Positions 43,972 to 54,311 of a stretch of DNA of 64,000 bases are shown here, piece by piece (the stretch's first letter is position 1; the number at the start of each line of letters is the position of its first letter). The notes under the pieces are model-generated. The model had not been told where the DNA came from and searched no databases. It saw only the letters and a list, made by a program, of their open reading frames with translations. Origin of the DNA: Candidatus Bathyarchaeota archaeon (GTDB taxonomy: Archaea > Thermoproteota > Bathyarchaeia > Bathyarchaeales > Bathycorpusculaceae); contig CAVYXJ010000006.1 in NCBI GenBank assembly GCA_963772455.1, forward strand, positions 23,721 through 87,720, in the 5' to 3' direction. Both the position numbers and the translations under genes were made by a program.

Positions 43972-44526
43972 TTGAACACAAAATCTAAAGCCATAACTTT
44001 GCTTTCAATTGTACTGGTCGCTTTAGTTGCAGGATCAATTATATTGACCTTGCAATCAGTCAAAGCAGACACGACTAATACAGTTGCAACTGATTCAGAA
44101 ACTACACTCTCAGCCATAGACTCATCTGATGTTAATCGTTTGAATGAATTTAATGGATTTGCACAAGGACAAATGATGATGGGAATGGAACCCCGATTTG
44201 AAATGGGTCACAGAGGAATGAACCGAGGTTTAGCAGAATTTGGCTCTAACGGAATTCAGCTAAGCAGCGACTTCACCGCAAACGTAACTAATATAGCCGA
44301 AAATGACAGCGATGTACAAAATCTACTCAACCAAGGCTACAACATAACCTCAATCCGCCCAAACATTAACACAACAATAGACGGCAACGGAAACGTAGTA
44401 ACAAAAGCCTCAACTGCAGATTTAACATTAATAGGCACAAATGGCCGCGCACAAGTAATAGTTGATCTCTCCCAAGCAAAAGTAACAAAGATCGTGACAT
44501 TAACCATTACAGAAATCAACAAATAA
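43972..44526 (+). CDS. Secreted hypothetical protein
   Basis: Signal peptide, Met/Gly-rich segment. Confidence 0.78.
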   Translation: MNTKSKAITLLSIVLVALVAGSIILTLQSVKADTTNTVATDSETTLSAIDSSDVNRLNEFNGFAQGQMMMGMEPRFEMGHRGMNRGLAEFGSNGIQLSSDFTANVTNIAENDSDVQNLLNQGYNITSIRPNINTTIDGNGNVVTKASTADLTLIGTNGRAQVIVDLSQAKVTKIVTLTITEINK

Positions 44527-44828
44527 CCACTAACCACTTCTTTTTTTTAACTCACTTTTTTAATTTTTTCTGTTTTATTTTAGTAGAACGGTTTTGACGG
44601 GTGGGCTCTCGGTTTTCTGTCACCTGCTTCCCAATTAGGGATAGATTTGGGTAAGATTTTGAAAAATTGTTTAATAACTAAACGAAGTTAGGCTGGATAA
44701 GCAACCAAAAAGAGATTTGACAAATGGAAAATAGAGCCATAAGCCCAATAACTGCCCAAATTATTGAGTATCCCCTCCAAGTCTCTTTTTGGTTGCCAAA
44801 ATGATTTAGAATAATGGAATGAATAATT

Positions 44829-46251
44829 ATGGGAATAATAAGTAGAGCTATAAGAAACATTTCAAGAAGAAAAATACGTGCATTGCTAGTAATTATCGCT
44901 TTAGGCTTTTCGATGGCTATCATGGTTTCAATTCCAGCCGGTGTTATAGCTAATCAGCAGACATCGAGCGCAATGGCATCAAACCTGAGCAACGTGATTA
45001 GCCAAACTAGTGACACGATTAATAAAACAGCAACTCAAATAGACTGCAGTCTTGCGCCGGATCTTTCAGGTTTTGGTTTTGCACCACCTGATAACGCAGG
45101 CGGCGGAGGAACATTCCCAGGTAGGAGCCCTCCAGCTGGGTTTGATCCCAGTCAATTTGGAGGTGGCGGAACCGCTGGTCAGTTTGGTGGTGGAGCATTT
45201 GGAGGTGGACAAGCAAATCCAATGAATGAAAGCCTATACACTGATATCAACAGCTACTATCTCTGGTGTGGCAGCTGTTGAGCCATATCTTCAAGCCTCT
45301 GAAGGAAGCGATCAAACAGTAACCTTTATGGGTCGAAGCTTTACTCGTCAAACAACCGAGTACACTATTGAAGGCATACCATTAACTTCGAATCTTGTAG
45401 ATAACTACAATATTCTGCCAACGAACATAACTGCTGGAAGAAACCTTCAGGCCGGCGAAAGTGGGGTTGTCTTGCTTAGTGAAAATAACTCGGCGTACTT
45501 TGGAGTTGGAGTAGGCGATACTGTCAACATTTTGGACCACACCTTCACAGTAGTTGGTATCCATGGATCTTCTTCAGTTTCAGACAGATTGACACTTTAC
45601 ATGAACCTTTCAGACGCTCAAACAGCAACAAACAACACAGGGTACATAACTAGCCTTCGAGTTTTTGCTACAAGCAGTGACGTGGTCACACAGGTAGCTA
45701 CCTCCATTAGTTCATTGCATTCAGAACTTACAGTTACTACTGACCAAACCCGCTTAAATCAACTTCAAACCCTACAAACAACCTACAATGCTCAATTAGC
45801 AACTGCCCAAGCATCTAATAGCCAAACATATGCAACTGCTATTGAAGAAATTGTCGTAGTGGTTGTAGCAACTAGCTTGATAGTGCTATTTGTCATGCTC
45901 TACACTGTCAAGGAAAGAACTAAAGAGATTGGCACGCTTAAAGCAATTGGGTTTAGCAACTCTGTTGTGATGAGCCAATTTATGCTTGAAGGTGTCTTGT
46001 TAAGTATGATTGCAGGCGTAGTTGGCATTGTAATAGGCAGCATAGCAGCACCCACGATTTCATCACTTTTGCTTCCCAGCACTGGACTTTCAGGGACCAT
46101 AAGAATCAGCGGATTATCAGTTGCGACTTTGAATCCTGAACTTATACTGGCGTTATTTGGTGCAGCAGTTCTACTTGGAACGTTAGGAAGCCTATATCCC
46201 GCATGGAGAGCAGCAAAAATTAGACCTGCAGAGGCGATGAAATATGAGTAA
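44829..46251 (+). CDS. MacB/FtsX-type ABC permease (indel near 45250)
   Basis: RNISRRKIR, GRNL, ERTKEIGTLKAIG, YPAWRAAKIRPAEA. Confidence 0.93.
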
Positions 46252-47053
46252 ACCCGTACTTCAAATTGAAAATCTAAACAAAACCTACATGTTAGGCAAA
46301 CGTGAAGTCCCCGCACTAAAGGGCCTAAATCTTACAGTGAATGCTGGTGAGTTCGTAGCGATCATGGGTCCTTCAGGTTCGGGCAAAACAACGCTACTAA
46401 ACATCATAGGTGCAATCGACAAACCTACAACTGGCAAAGTGCTCTTAGACGGTATAGATGTGGGGAAAATGCCTGAAAACCAACTCTACAAGATACGCCG
46501 AGATAAGATGGGATTCGTATTTCAAACTTTTAATCTGTTGCCATATCTAAGCGCTCGTGAAAACGTCGAGTTACCTATGGAGGGACGAGGTAAAACAAAG
46601 AGCGAACAAAAAAAACGAGCAAGCGAACTCTTAGCTATGGTTGGGCTCTCAGGACGCGAAAATCATCGTCCCCAACGTTTGAGCGCTGGAGAACAACAAC
46701 GTGTCGCAATTGCGCGATCTTTGGCAAATAATCCCGCGTTTATTCTTGCAGATGAGCCGACTGGAAATTTGGATAGTCAAAATAAGCAGGAAATAATCAA
46801 GCTGTTAGCCAACCTGAACCTGACCCAGGGGACAACTATTATCATGGTTACGCATGATAATCAAGCCGCAAACCATACTGAACGAATGCTACTCCTAAAA
46901 GACGGAAAAATAATCAAAGAAAAAGAAGGACTGCATATGGCAATGAAGAAAAACAAGTGTCCCAACTGCGGCGGCAGCATTAAAACCGGTGATGATATTT
47001 GCCCAATCTGTAAAAAACCGCTTATTGCACCTGAGGAGCCTTTCTTATCCTAA
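46244..47053 (+). CDS. LolD/MacB-type ABC ATPase with a C-terminal zinc ribbon
   Basis: [30 protein letters not shown]; CPNCG...CPIC. Confidence 0.95.
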   Translation: MSKPVLQIENLNKTYMLGKREVPALKGLNLTVNAGEFVAIMGPSGSGKTTLLNIIGAIDKPTTGKVLLDGIDVGKMPENQLYKIRRDKMGFVFQTFNLLPYLSARENVELPMEGRGKTKSEQKKRASELLAMVGLSGRENHRPQRLSAGEQQRVAIARSLANNPAFILADEPTGNLDSQNKQEIIKLLANLNLTQGTTIIMVTHDNQAANHTERMLLLKDGKIIKEKEGLHMAMKKNKCPNCGGSIKTGDDICPICKKPLIAPEEPFLS

Positions 47054-47092
47054 AAGACGAAAATGCTAAATATGGTTTAATTTGAGGTTTTT

Positions 47093-48325
47093 ATGGAATC
47101 CTCCCCATTACCCTCATCTTCTCCGTCTTCAATCCCTGCTCTTCCCCCTCCGCCAAAAAGGCGCAAGCGTCTTTCAGCAGTCATGATTGTTACTCTTTTG
47201 CTCGTAGGATTACTTGCTGGAGGTTTAATCGGTTACGCAATAACTTATTCGGACTTTAACCAAAAACTCAGTAACCTTCAAAGCCAAATAGGGCTCTCAC
47301 AGAGTTCAGGCAACGGATCCCAGCAAACATTCATCCTTAACGACAATGTTTCGCTTTCTAGTCTCTACCAGCAGGTAAAGTCCTCAGTTGTTGTAATCCA
47401 GGACCTTGTGCCTACGCAAACCTTCTTCAGGGGAACCGCTTACAGTCTGCAACAGGGTTCAGGATTCATAACTGAGGTAAATGGGCAACTCATTATCGTC
47501 ACCAACAACCATGTAATATCCGACGCAATCAACGTAACCGTCACCTTCGCAAACGGCGATGCTTATCCCGCAAAAGTGCTAGGCTCCGACGCACAAGCCG
47601 ACCTTGCTGTCCTCACAATTTCCCCTATGCCAACAGGATTGACATCACTAACGCTTGCCAACTCCGACGCTTTGCAAGTTGGACAACCAGTAGTTGCTGT
47701 CGGTTCACCTTACGGTCTGTCAGGAACATTGACCACAGGCATTATCAGTTCCTTGGGGAGAACAATCACTGAGGATTCAAGTTCAAGCCCAAGTGGAAAT
47801 ACTATATCTGATATCATCCAAACCAGCACAGCCATTAACCCTGGCAATTCAGGTGGTCCACTTATCACATATAGCGGCGAAGTCATCGGTATAACTACTG
47901 CCGGCATCAGCAACTCGCAAGGTTTAGGGTTTGCCGTTCCTTCAGACACAATAATCCGAGAGTTACCGTCGCTAGTCAGCTCTGGCTTATACACAAATCA
48001 TCCATCCATAAATGCTCAGGGCACAGACATGAACTATCAAATTGGCCAAGCCATGGGATCCAGTATCACCTACGGATGGCTGGTTGAGAGTATTTCAACA
48101 CAGAACGGGCTTAAAGGCGGCAACACTCAAGCAACCATTCTTGGCTCAACCGTTACCTTAGGCGGCGACATCATAACAGCAATCAACGGGGCAAGAATCA
48201 CCAATACCGACGACTTACTATCATATCTTGAAGAGCACACGACACCAGGACAAACAGCGCAGTTCACCGTAGTCAGGAACGGGCAATCTCAAACAATAAG
48301 TGTAACCATTGGAAAACTATCCTAA
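47093..48325 (+). CDS. htrA: Membrane-anchored HtrA/DegP serine protease with PDZ domain
   Basis: GSGF, TNNHV, DLAVL, INPGNSGGPL, GDII..ING. Confidence 0.93.
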   Translation: MESSPLPSSSPSSIPALPPPPKRRKRLSAVMIVTLLLVGLLAGGLIGYAITYSDFNQKLSNLQSQIGLSQSSGNGSQQTFILNDNVSLSSLYQQVKSSVVVIQDLVPTQTFFRGTAYSLQQGSGFITEVNGQLIIVTNNHVISDAINVTVTFANGDAYPAKVLGSDAQADLAVLTISPMPTGLTSLTLANSDALQVGQPVVAVGSPYGLSGTLTTGIISSLGRTITEDSSSSPSGNTISDIIQTSTAINPGNSGGPLITYSGEVIGITTAGISNSQGLGFAVPSDTIIRELPSLVSSGLYTNHPSINAQGTDMNYQIGQAMGSSITYGWLVESISTQNGLKGGNTQATILGSTVTLGGDIITAINGARITNTDDLLSYLEEHTTPGQTAQFTVVRNGQSQTISVTIGKLS

Positions 48326-48417
48326 AACCTCTAAACACTAACGATATAACTAATTTTTTTTATATAAAAGTCTAAGCGCTCTAATACTAAATAGAAAAAA
48401 GAAGGTTATGCGTTAGA

Positions 48418-48498
48418 TTACTCTTCGTCTTCTTCGCATTCGTCGCAATCGCAGTCGCATTCTTCGTCTTCATTTTCTTCTTCAAAAAATACTATCAT
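48418..48498 (-). CDS. Small acidic Cys-rich peptide, 26 aa (absent from the ORF track)
   Basis: MIVFFEEENEDEECDCDCDECEEDEE*; upstream TTTTTATA box and downstream T-tract. Confidence 0.6.
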   Translation of the reverse strand: MIVFFEEENEDEECDCDCDECEEDEE

Positions 48499-48675
48499 AA
48501 AAGATTCCCGAAAAAGAGTATACACTCTCCTATAAAAACCGAGCATTCTTTTTGAACTTAAAAGAGAGATTTCACATCAAAGCAATAATAAGTAATCAAC
48601 TGACCAGAGTAAAACAAGAAAAACTGGAGCAAAAGTTTTAAAGGTTTCAGTAATGCGCATGTTTATGATACAAAG

Positions 48676-49404
48676 TTGAAGTTACTCATAAGTCCCATGA
48701 ATGAAAAAGAAGCTTTGCAGGCAATCGCAGGAGGAGCTGACATAATTGACGTTAAAAACCCGCAGGAAGGACCTTTAGGCGCAAACTATCCATGGGTTAT
48801 TAAAAAAATACGTGAAATTACACCTAAAAATGTTGAGGTTAGCTGTACCCTTGGCGAGGTTCCTAATCTTCCAGGTTCCATTTCGCTTGCAGCTTTGGGT
48901 GCGGCTTCGCTTGGTGTAGAGTACATTAAAGTCGGGCTTTACGGGTTTTCAAACGATCAAGAAGCTATTTATCTTTTGTATAATGTCAACAGGGCAGCCA
49001 AAGAGTGCAATCCACGAGTTAAAGTGGTAGTTGCAGGATACGCTGACGCCGAACGAATCGGCGGATTAGATCCAATACAGATTCCCGAAATCACTCTCAA
49101 AGCACACGCAGATGTCGCAATGCTTGACACAGCCATCAAAGACCACAAGAACCTTTTCGATTTCTTAAATGCGGAAAAAATAAAGAAATTTATTGATTAT
49201 GCTCATTATCTTGGTTTGCAAACTGCTTTGGCAGGGTCTTTGCGCAAGGAGGATTTGCCGATTCTATATGCTTTAGGTGCAGACATTGTAGGTGTACGGG
49301 GAGCAGCGTGCTCAAACAGCGACCGCGTCTCAGGTGAACTAAAAACCGAACTCGTTCGAGACCTAGTTGAAGTCATCAAACAATCTGCAGCAAAGAAGGT
49401 TTAG
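48676..49404 (+). CDS. mfnB: (5-formylfuran-3-yl)methyl phosphate synthase
   Basis: LLISP...EA, GADIIDVKNP.EG.LGA, YIKVGL, MLDTAIKD, ALAGSL, VGVRGAAC. Confidence 0.93.
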   Translation: MKLLISPMNEKEALQAIAGGADIIDVKNPQEGPLGANYPWVIKKIREITPKNVEVSCTLGEVPNLPGSISLAALGAASLGVEYIKVGLYGFSNDQEAIYLLYNVNRAAKECNPRVKVVVAGYADAERIGGLDPIQIPEITLKAHADVAMLDTAIKDHKNLFDFLNAEKIKKFIDYAHYLGLQTALAGSLRKEDLPILYALGADIVGVRGAACSNSDRVSGELKTELVRDLVEVIKQSAAKKV

Positions 49405-49407
49405 CCA

Positions 49408-50526
49408 TTGCTTCAAAATGGGTCAAGCAAGAAAAAAGTTTTAGAAGAACTAAACGAAATTCGCAGACAAAATCAACGTTATGAAGACGGCAAAATCCTC
49501 TGCTCAATGTGCACAAAACCACATCCTATAGCAGAAAAAGCCTACAAAATGTTTATTGAGTCAAATCTCGGTGACCCTGGCCTTTTCCCTGGAAGCGTAC
49601 AGCTTGAAAAAGAAACCATCAACCAGCTGGCAACGATTCTTCATGGTGAAAACTGTAGCGGCTTCATTGTTTCAGGGGGAACTGAGGCGAATTTACTTGC
49701 ACTTCTTGTTGCGCGAAATAGTTCACAGAAGACTCAGCCCGAAGTAATTTTGCCTGAATCTGCTCATTTTTCTTTTACCAAAATCTGTAAGATACTCAAC
49801 CTAAAGCCAGTTTACATAGCCTTGGACGACGCTTTTAGAGTTGAAATATCCGAAGTAAACAAAAACGTCAATCAGAATACTGTAGCTATTGTTGGAACCG
49901 CGGGGACATCAGAATTAGGTGTTATTGATCCGATTGAGAAACTCTCAGAAATTGCAGCTAAAAATAGGTTATATTTACACATCGACGCTGCTTTCGGTGG
50001 CTTGGTCCTTCCTTTCTTGCCAAATCCTCCGAACTTTGACTTTGAGCTAGCTGAGGTGCAGTCAATAACTGTTGACCCTCACAAAATGGGGATGGCGGCA
50101 ATTCCTGCAGGAGGGATTCTATTCAGAAACAGCCAAACCCTGGATTTTCTAAAGAATGAAACTCCATACTTAACAGATCATGTTCAACATACTTTTGTGG
50201 GAACAAGAACCGGAGCTTCTGTGGCTTCCGCATGGGCAGTTTTCAAACATCTAGGAATTAAAGGATACAAAAAAATAGTTGAGCGATGCATGCGAAACAC
50301 CGCAATCTTGGCTGATGGATTGGAGAGCGCCGGTTTCAAACTTGTAACTGCGCCAAAACTTAACATAGTGACATTTCGCAGCGAAAACACAAAAGCAATG
50401 GCGGCAAACCTCAGACAGAAAGGATGGTTTGTCTCATATATTCCACGGTACGATTGCATCCGCGTCGTTCTGATGCCCCATATCAAACAACGACACGTTC
50501 AAGCTTTCCTAAGAGATGCATCCTAA
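49408..50526 (+). CDS. mfnA: PLP-dependent L-tyrosine/L-aspartate decarboxylase
   Basis: SMCTKPH, NLGDPGLFPG, SGGTEAN, HIDAAFGG, TVDPHK. Confidence 0.93.
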   Translation: MLQNGSSKKKVLEELNEIRRQNQRYEDGKILCSMCTKPHPIAEKAYKMFIESNLGDPGLFPGSVQLEKETINQLATILHGENCSGFIVSGGTEANLLALLVARNSSQKTQPEVILPESAHFSFTKICKILNLKPVYIALDDAFRVEISEVNKNVNQNTVAIVGTAGTSELGVIDPIEKLSEIAAKNRLYLHIDAAFGGLVLPFLPNPPNFDFELAEVQSITVDPHKMGMAAIPAGGILFRNSQTLDFLKNETPYLTDHVQHTFVGTRTGASVASAWAVFKHLGIKGYKKIVERCMRNTAILADGLESAGFKLVTAPKLNIVTFRSENTKAMAANLRQKGWFVSYIPRYDCIRVVLMPHIKQRHVQAFLRDAS

Positions 50527-50581
50527 ACCCAAAAGCTTTAAACATTCTATACGCTTTCAATTCGAATCTTAGGGAGAACGC

Positions 50582-51805
50582 TTGAAGACTATACTTTACG
50601 AGCACGTTTCTGGCGGCGGATACGCTGGGCATCACATTTCTCCAGACATTTTAGCCGAAGGTTTCGCAATGTTGCGCACAGTGGCTTCCGATTTTAAAGC
50701 AGCAGGGCATGATGTAACTATACTGCTAGACGATAGAATTTCAAAATTAAATCCTCCAATTAACGCGGACTGCACAGTACCAGTTATTTATCCGGAGGAA
50801 ACCAACAGATTCCTAACAAGTCTTGCTTCAATTAATGATGCAAGTTATATTATTGCGCCAGAAACCAGGAAAATCCTCGAAAGTTACGTTGCACTTATGG
50901 AAAAAACCGGCAAAATCTCACTCAACAGCCAATCTAACGGAATTAAACAAGTCGCTAACAAAATCAACCTCCAAAAAATTTTACAGAAAAATCATGTGAA
51001 TACCCCTGATAGCCTTGTCTTTAGCCTAGATGAAAATTTAACCGCGATTAAGAGAGAAATCAAAGAAAAACTTTGTTATCCAATAGTATTCAAACCTGCC
51101 GATGGGGTAAGCTGCAATGGCTTAAGCATTGTTAACGATGATTCGCAAATAACATCTGCTATTGAGAAAATAAAAGCTGAGTCATCTGCAAAACAATTCA
51201 TTGTTCAAGAGTTTATTATTGGGGAAGCAGCAAGCGTAAGTTTACTTGTTTCAAACGGCAAAGCTTTAGCAATCAGCTTAAACAAGCAAAACGTAAATGT
51301 TGCCTCGCCAAACAGACCTTCAAGCTACCTTGGGGGTTGCGTTCCTTTTGATAATTCCCTCAAAGAAGAAGCATTTCTGATGGCGGAAAAGGCGGTGGAG
51401 TGCTTTTCAGGTTTAAGAGGTTATGTCGGGGTGGACTTTGTTTTAGGCAAAGATAAACCGTTTGTTGTGGATGTTAACCCACGATTAACCACTTCATATG
51501 TGGGGTTGAGCCCAACAGTTTGCTTTAATGTTGCCCAAGCCATAATAGATGCGGTTTCAAGATCTCGCCTGCCGACTAATTTTGAAACAAAAGGGTTTAC
51601 ATGCTTTGAAAAAGTCGAATCAACCAAACCAACTGACGCCGCTTTCAAACAGTTGTCTAAGGTTGCCGCCGTTGTTTCTCCGCCTTTTACATTGGCCGAT
51701 AGTGATAAAGTGGTTTCGATGGTTGACGGTCACGGACGATCTTTGAAGCAAGCAGGTCTGCATTTAGAAGAAGCTAAAAAGTGTTTGCTCGATATTGTTG
51801 GTTGA
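50582..51805 (+). CDS. mfnD: ATP-grasp tyramine--L-glutamate ligase
   Basis: EGFAML, IIAPET, KPADGVSC, QEFI.G, GYVGVD, VNPRLTTSYVGL; operon context. Confidence 0.85.
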   Translation: MKTILYEHVSGGGYAGHHISPDILAEGFAMLRTVASDFKAAGHDVTILLDDRISKLNPPINADCTVPVIYPEETNRFLTSLASINDASYIIAPETRKILESYVALMEKTGKISLNSQSNGIKQVANKINLQKILQKNHVNTPDSLVFSLDENLTAIKREIKEKLCYPIVFKPADGVSCNGLSIVNDDSQITSAIEKIKAESSAKQFIVQEFIIGEAASVSLLVSNGKALAISLNKQNVNVASPNRPSSYLGGCVPFDNSLKEEAFLMAEKAVECFSGLRGYVGVDFVLGKDKPFVVDVNPRLTTSYVGLSPTVCFNVAQAIIDAVSRSRLPTNFETKGFTCFEKVESTKPTDAAFKQLSKVAAVVSPPFTLADSDKVVSMVDGHGRSLKQAGLHLEEAKKCLLDIVG

Positions 51806-52889
51806 GGAAAATAGTTTGGGGACTGTGCTAGGGATAGATATCGGGGGAGCAAACACTAAAGCTGCCCTGATTACTACACACAACGGTAAACTGCAGACTG
51901 TCAAGGTCGCCGTTGAGTATTTTCCGGTTTGGAAAGAACCGCAAAAACTTGCCCTGATGCTCTTAACTCTTGCAAAACAGCTAAACATAGGGCAACTTGA
52001 CGCTCTAGGCATAACCATGACTGCGGAATTATCAGATGCCTACAATACAAAGCGAGAAGGCGTCCATCAAATCCTATCAAGTGTCAAACAAGCCTTTCCA
52101 AACCAACCAATCTTCGTTTTAGATACCCAATATAGAATGATATCAATTAAAGCCGCTGAAGAGAAGCCGCTTTCGGTGGCAGCTGCAAATTGGGTTGCAA
52201 CAGGTTGGCTAGTTTCCCAAAAAATACGTGATTGCGTCATAGTTGATGTAGGGAGCACAAGCACGAGCCTAATCCCTATTTTACATGGGCAAGTTGCTGC
52301 GAAGGGTAAGACTGATTTGGATAAGCTTCTTTGTGGAGAATTGGTTTACACTGGAAGTCTAAGGACTAATGTAGCTGCCATTGTTGATCATATTCCAGTT
52401 AAAGGCGGGGTCGCAGGCGTTTCCTCTGAGCTTTTCGCATTATCAGCTGACATTCATTTGATTCTAGGCAATATTACTGAGGAACAATACATCTGTGAGA
52501 CGGCTGATAGGCGGGGAAAAACTATTCCTGAGGCTTTAGCCAGGTTAGCTCGTGTTGTATGCGCTGACATTGAAATGCTAAATCAGAAAGAAATCGTGAG
52601 CGTCGCAAAATATGTTTACGATCAGCAGATACAACAGGTCGCTGACTCCTTGGAAAAAGTCTACAATAAAATAAAAGAGCAAGAATCAGGCGAAATTCCT
52701 GTTGTTATCACGGGACTTGGCAAAGATTTTATTGCACGTGCGGCTGCAGAGAAAAACGGCTTTGAAATGATTATTGATTTAGCTTCATTAATTCATGATG
52801 ATGCTGCATTTGCTACTCCAGCGTTTGGCGTTGCTTTAATGACCGCCAGCAAACTTGAAGGAGACTTAATCCAGTGGACGTCACAGTAG
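51795..52889 (+). CDS. mfnF: Hydantoinase/oxoprolinase family methanofuran biosynthesis enzyme
   Basis: GIDIGGANTK, TMTAELSD, AAANW, DVGSTST, ELVYTG.LRT, ARLAR..CAD. Confidence 0.88.
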   Translation: MLVEENSLGTVLGIDIGGANTKAALITTHNGKLQTVKVAVEYFPVWKEPQKLALMLLTLAKQLNIGQLDALGITMTAELSDAYNTKREGVHQILSSVKQAFPNQPIFVLDTQYRMISIKAAEEKPLSVAAANWVATGWLVSQKIRDCVIVDVGSTSTSLIPILHGQVAAKGKTDLDKLLCGELVYTGSLRTNVAAIVDHIPVKGGVAGVSSELFALSADIHLILGNITEEQYICETADRRGKTIPEALARLARVVCADIEMLNQKEIVSVAKYVYDQQIQQVADSLEKVYNKIKEQESGEIPVVITGLGKDFIARAAAEKNGFEMIIDLASLIHDDAAFATPAFGVALMTASKLEGDLIQWTSQ

Positions 52890-53542
52890 TCAAAGTCGGC
52901 GGCAGCTTAGCTCTAAATCCACAGAAACTAAAAATCCTATGCCACAAATTAAGCGATATTTCCCAAAAACAAAATCTAACAATAGTTCCCGGTGGAGGAG
53001 AATTCGCCGATACAGTAAGAGACCTCGACGAGCGATTTAATCTATCTGTTCAATCTTCTCATCAAATGGCTATTTTGGCAATGGATCAATATGGTTATCT
53101 ACTGTCAAATTTAGTTGGCAACTCATTGCTAGTAGACAAACTTGAAAATGTTAAAAAAGTCTTGGATTCAGGGAAAATACCGATTTTCTTGTCCTCATCT
53201 TACTTTGCTTGCGCTGATCCTTTGCCGAATTCGTGGGACATAACTTCTGATTCGATAGCCGTTCACATTGCAGGTCAATTAGGCGCGTGTAGAATTGTTT
53301 TGATTACTGATGTTGACGGAATTTTTACTAAAGACCCACGAAAATTTGCTGATGCTAAATTGATTTCAATGTTATCGACTAAAGAACTCGAATCATTTGA
53401 AGAGCGAACGAGTGTTGATAATTACTTGCCCAAGCTGCTTTCAGAAAAAAAAATTGAATGCTATGTAATTAATGGGCTGTATCCCAAACGACTGGAAGAC
53501 ATTTTTGATCATAAGAAAACCATTTGCACTTCAATTGTTTAG
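52874..53542 (+). CDS. mfnE: Amino-acid-kinase family [5-(aminomethyl)furan-3-yl]methyl phosphate kinase
   Basis: VKVGGSL, VPGGGEFAD, H.MAI.AMDQYG, SWDITSDSIA, TDVDG. Confidence 0.85.
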   Translation: MDVTVVKVGGSLALNPQKLKILCHKLSDISQKQNLTIVPGGGEFADTVRDLDERFNLSVQSSHQMAILAMDQYGYLLSNLVGNSLLVDKLENVKKVLDSGKIPIFLSSSYFACADPLPNSWDITSDSIAVHIAGQLGACRIVLITDVDGIFTKDPRKFADAKLISMLSTKELESFEERTSVDNYLPKLLSEKKIECYVINGLYPKRLEDIFDHKKTICTSIV

Positions 53543-53840
53543 TGATCGGATTATTTCCCAAAGATGTTTCTGTGGCAACAGGCGGTTGTTGCAACAAACG
53601 TTTCTATTTATTTTCCAAAAATTATGAATCAGAATCCTTTTAGAAAAACCAGCTCAAATCAACTAGAAGAAGTTGCAGCAGCAGCAACTCGCTCCCCTGC
53701 GCCTGCTGTAACAACTAACCTGAAAGATTACTATTTAGAAAAATATATCGATAAATCCAATCTAAATAATCATAACTAAATGTTTGAAACTTGCCTTAAA
53801 TAAAAAGAAAAAATAGAAAAAGAAAATTTGGAATTAGCGT

Positions 53841-54005
53841 TTAGATCTTTTTCTTGTCGAGTACTTCTCGGAAAGTCTTGCCGCAGCAATCATAGAGTGC
53901 TATGGTAAGTTGTGTTCTTTTTCCTTTTTTGTCAGGTTTTCCTGCCATCTTCCAAGTTTTCTTTGGAGTTTTTACATCTTTTCCACAAGTTGGGCATTTT
54001 GCCAT
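53841..54005 (-). CDS. Cren7-like small basic protein with Cys ligands
   Basis: MAKCPTCG...PKKTWKM...KKG...IALYDCCGKTFR, parallel to Cren7 P.K.W.L...G...IGLF...GK.FR. Confidence 0.7.
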   Translation of the reverse strand: MAKCPTCGKDVKTPKKTWKMAGKPDKKGKRTQLTIALYDCCGKTFREVLDKKKI

Positions 54006-54311
54006 AATTAATCCCTGTGAGTGAATGTTATCATATGTATGTACATAAAACACTTTCGATCATCCATCTCTAAAATAGGCAAAATATATCTTCTTTATGT
54101 GAAATTTTATGTCAAGAAGCAATTTTTAGACGACAAAATAGGATAAAAAATGTCAAGATTGTGGTGCACAGAATCAAGCAGGCTGTTCTTAAATCTATTA
54201 TGCGCCAGCAGATGTTAGCCACTTATTTTATTTTTCGAAAAAAACGCTCTTATGTAGAAGTCAAATGGATGCAAATATTGCTTTTAGTCTTAAATTGTTC
54301 TACTTTTTCCT

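Noticed and set aside
53564-53779. 71-aa ORF after mfnE as a possible mfnC remnant
   Set aside because: No aminotransferase motifs and far too short
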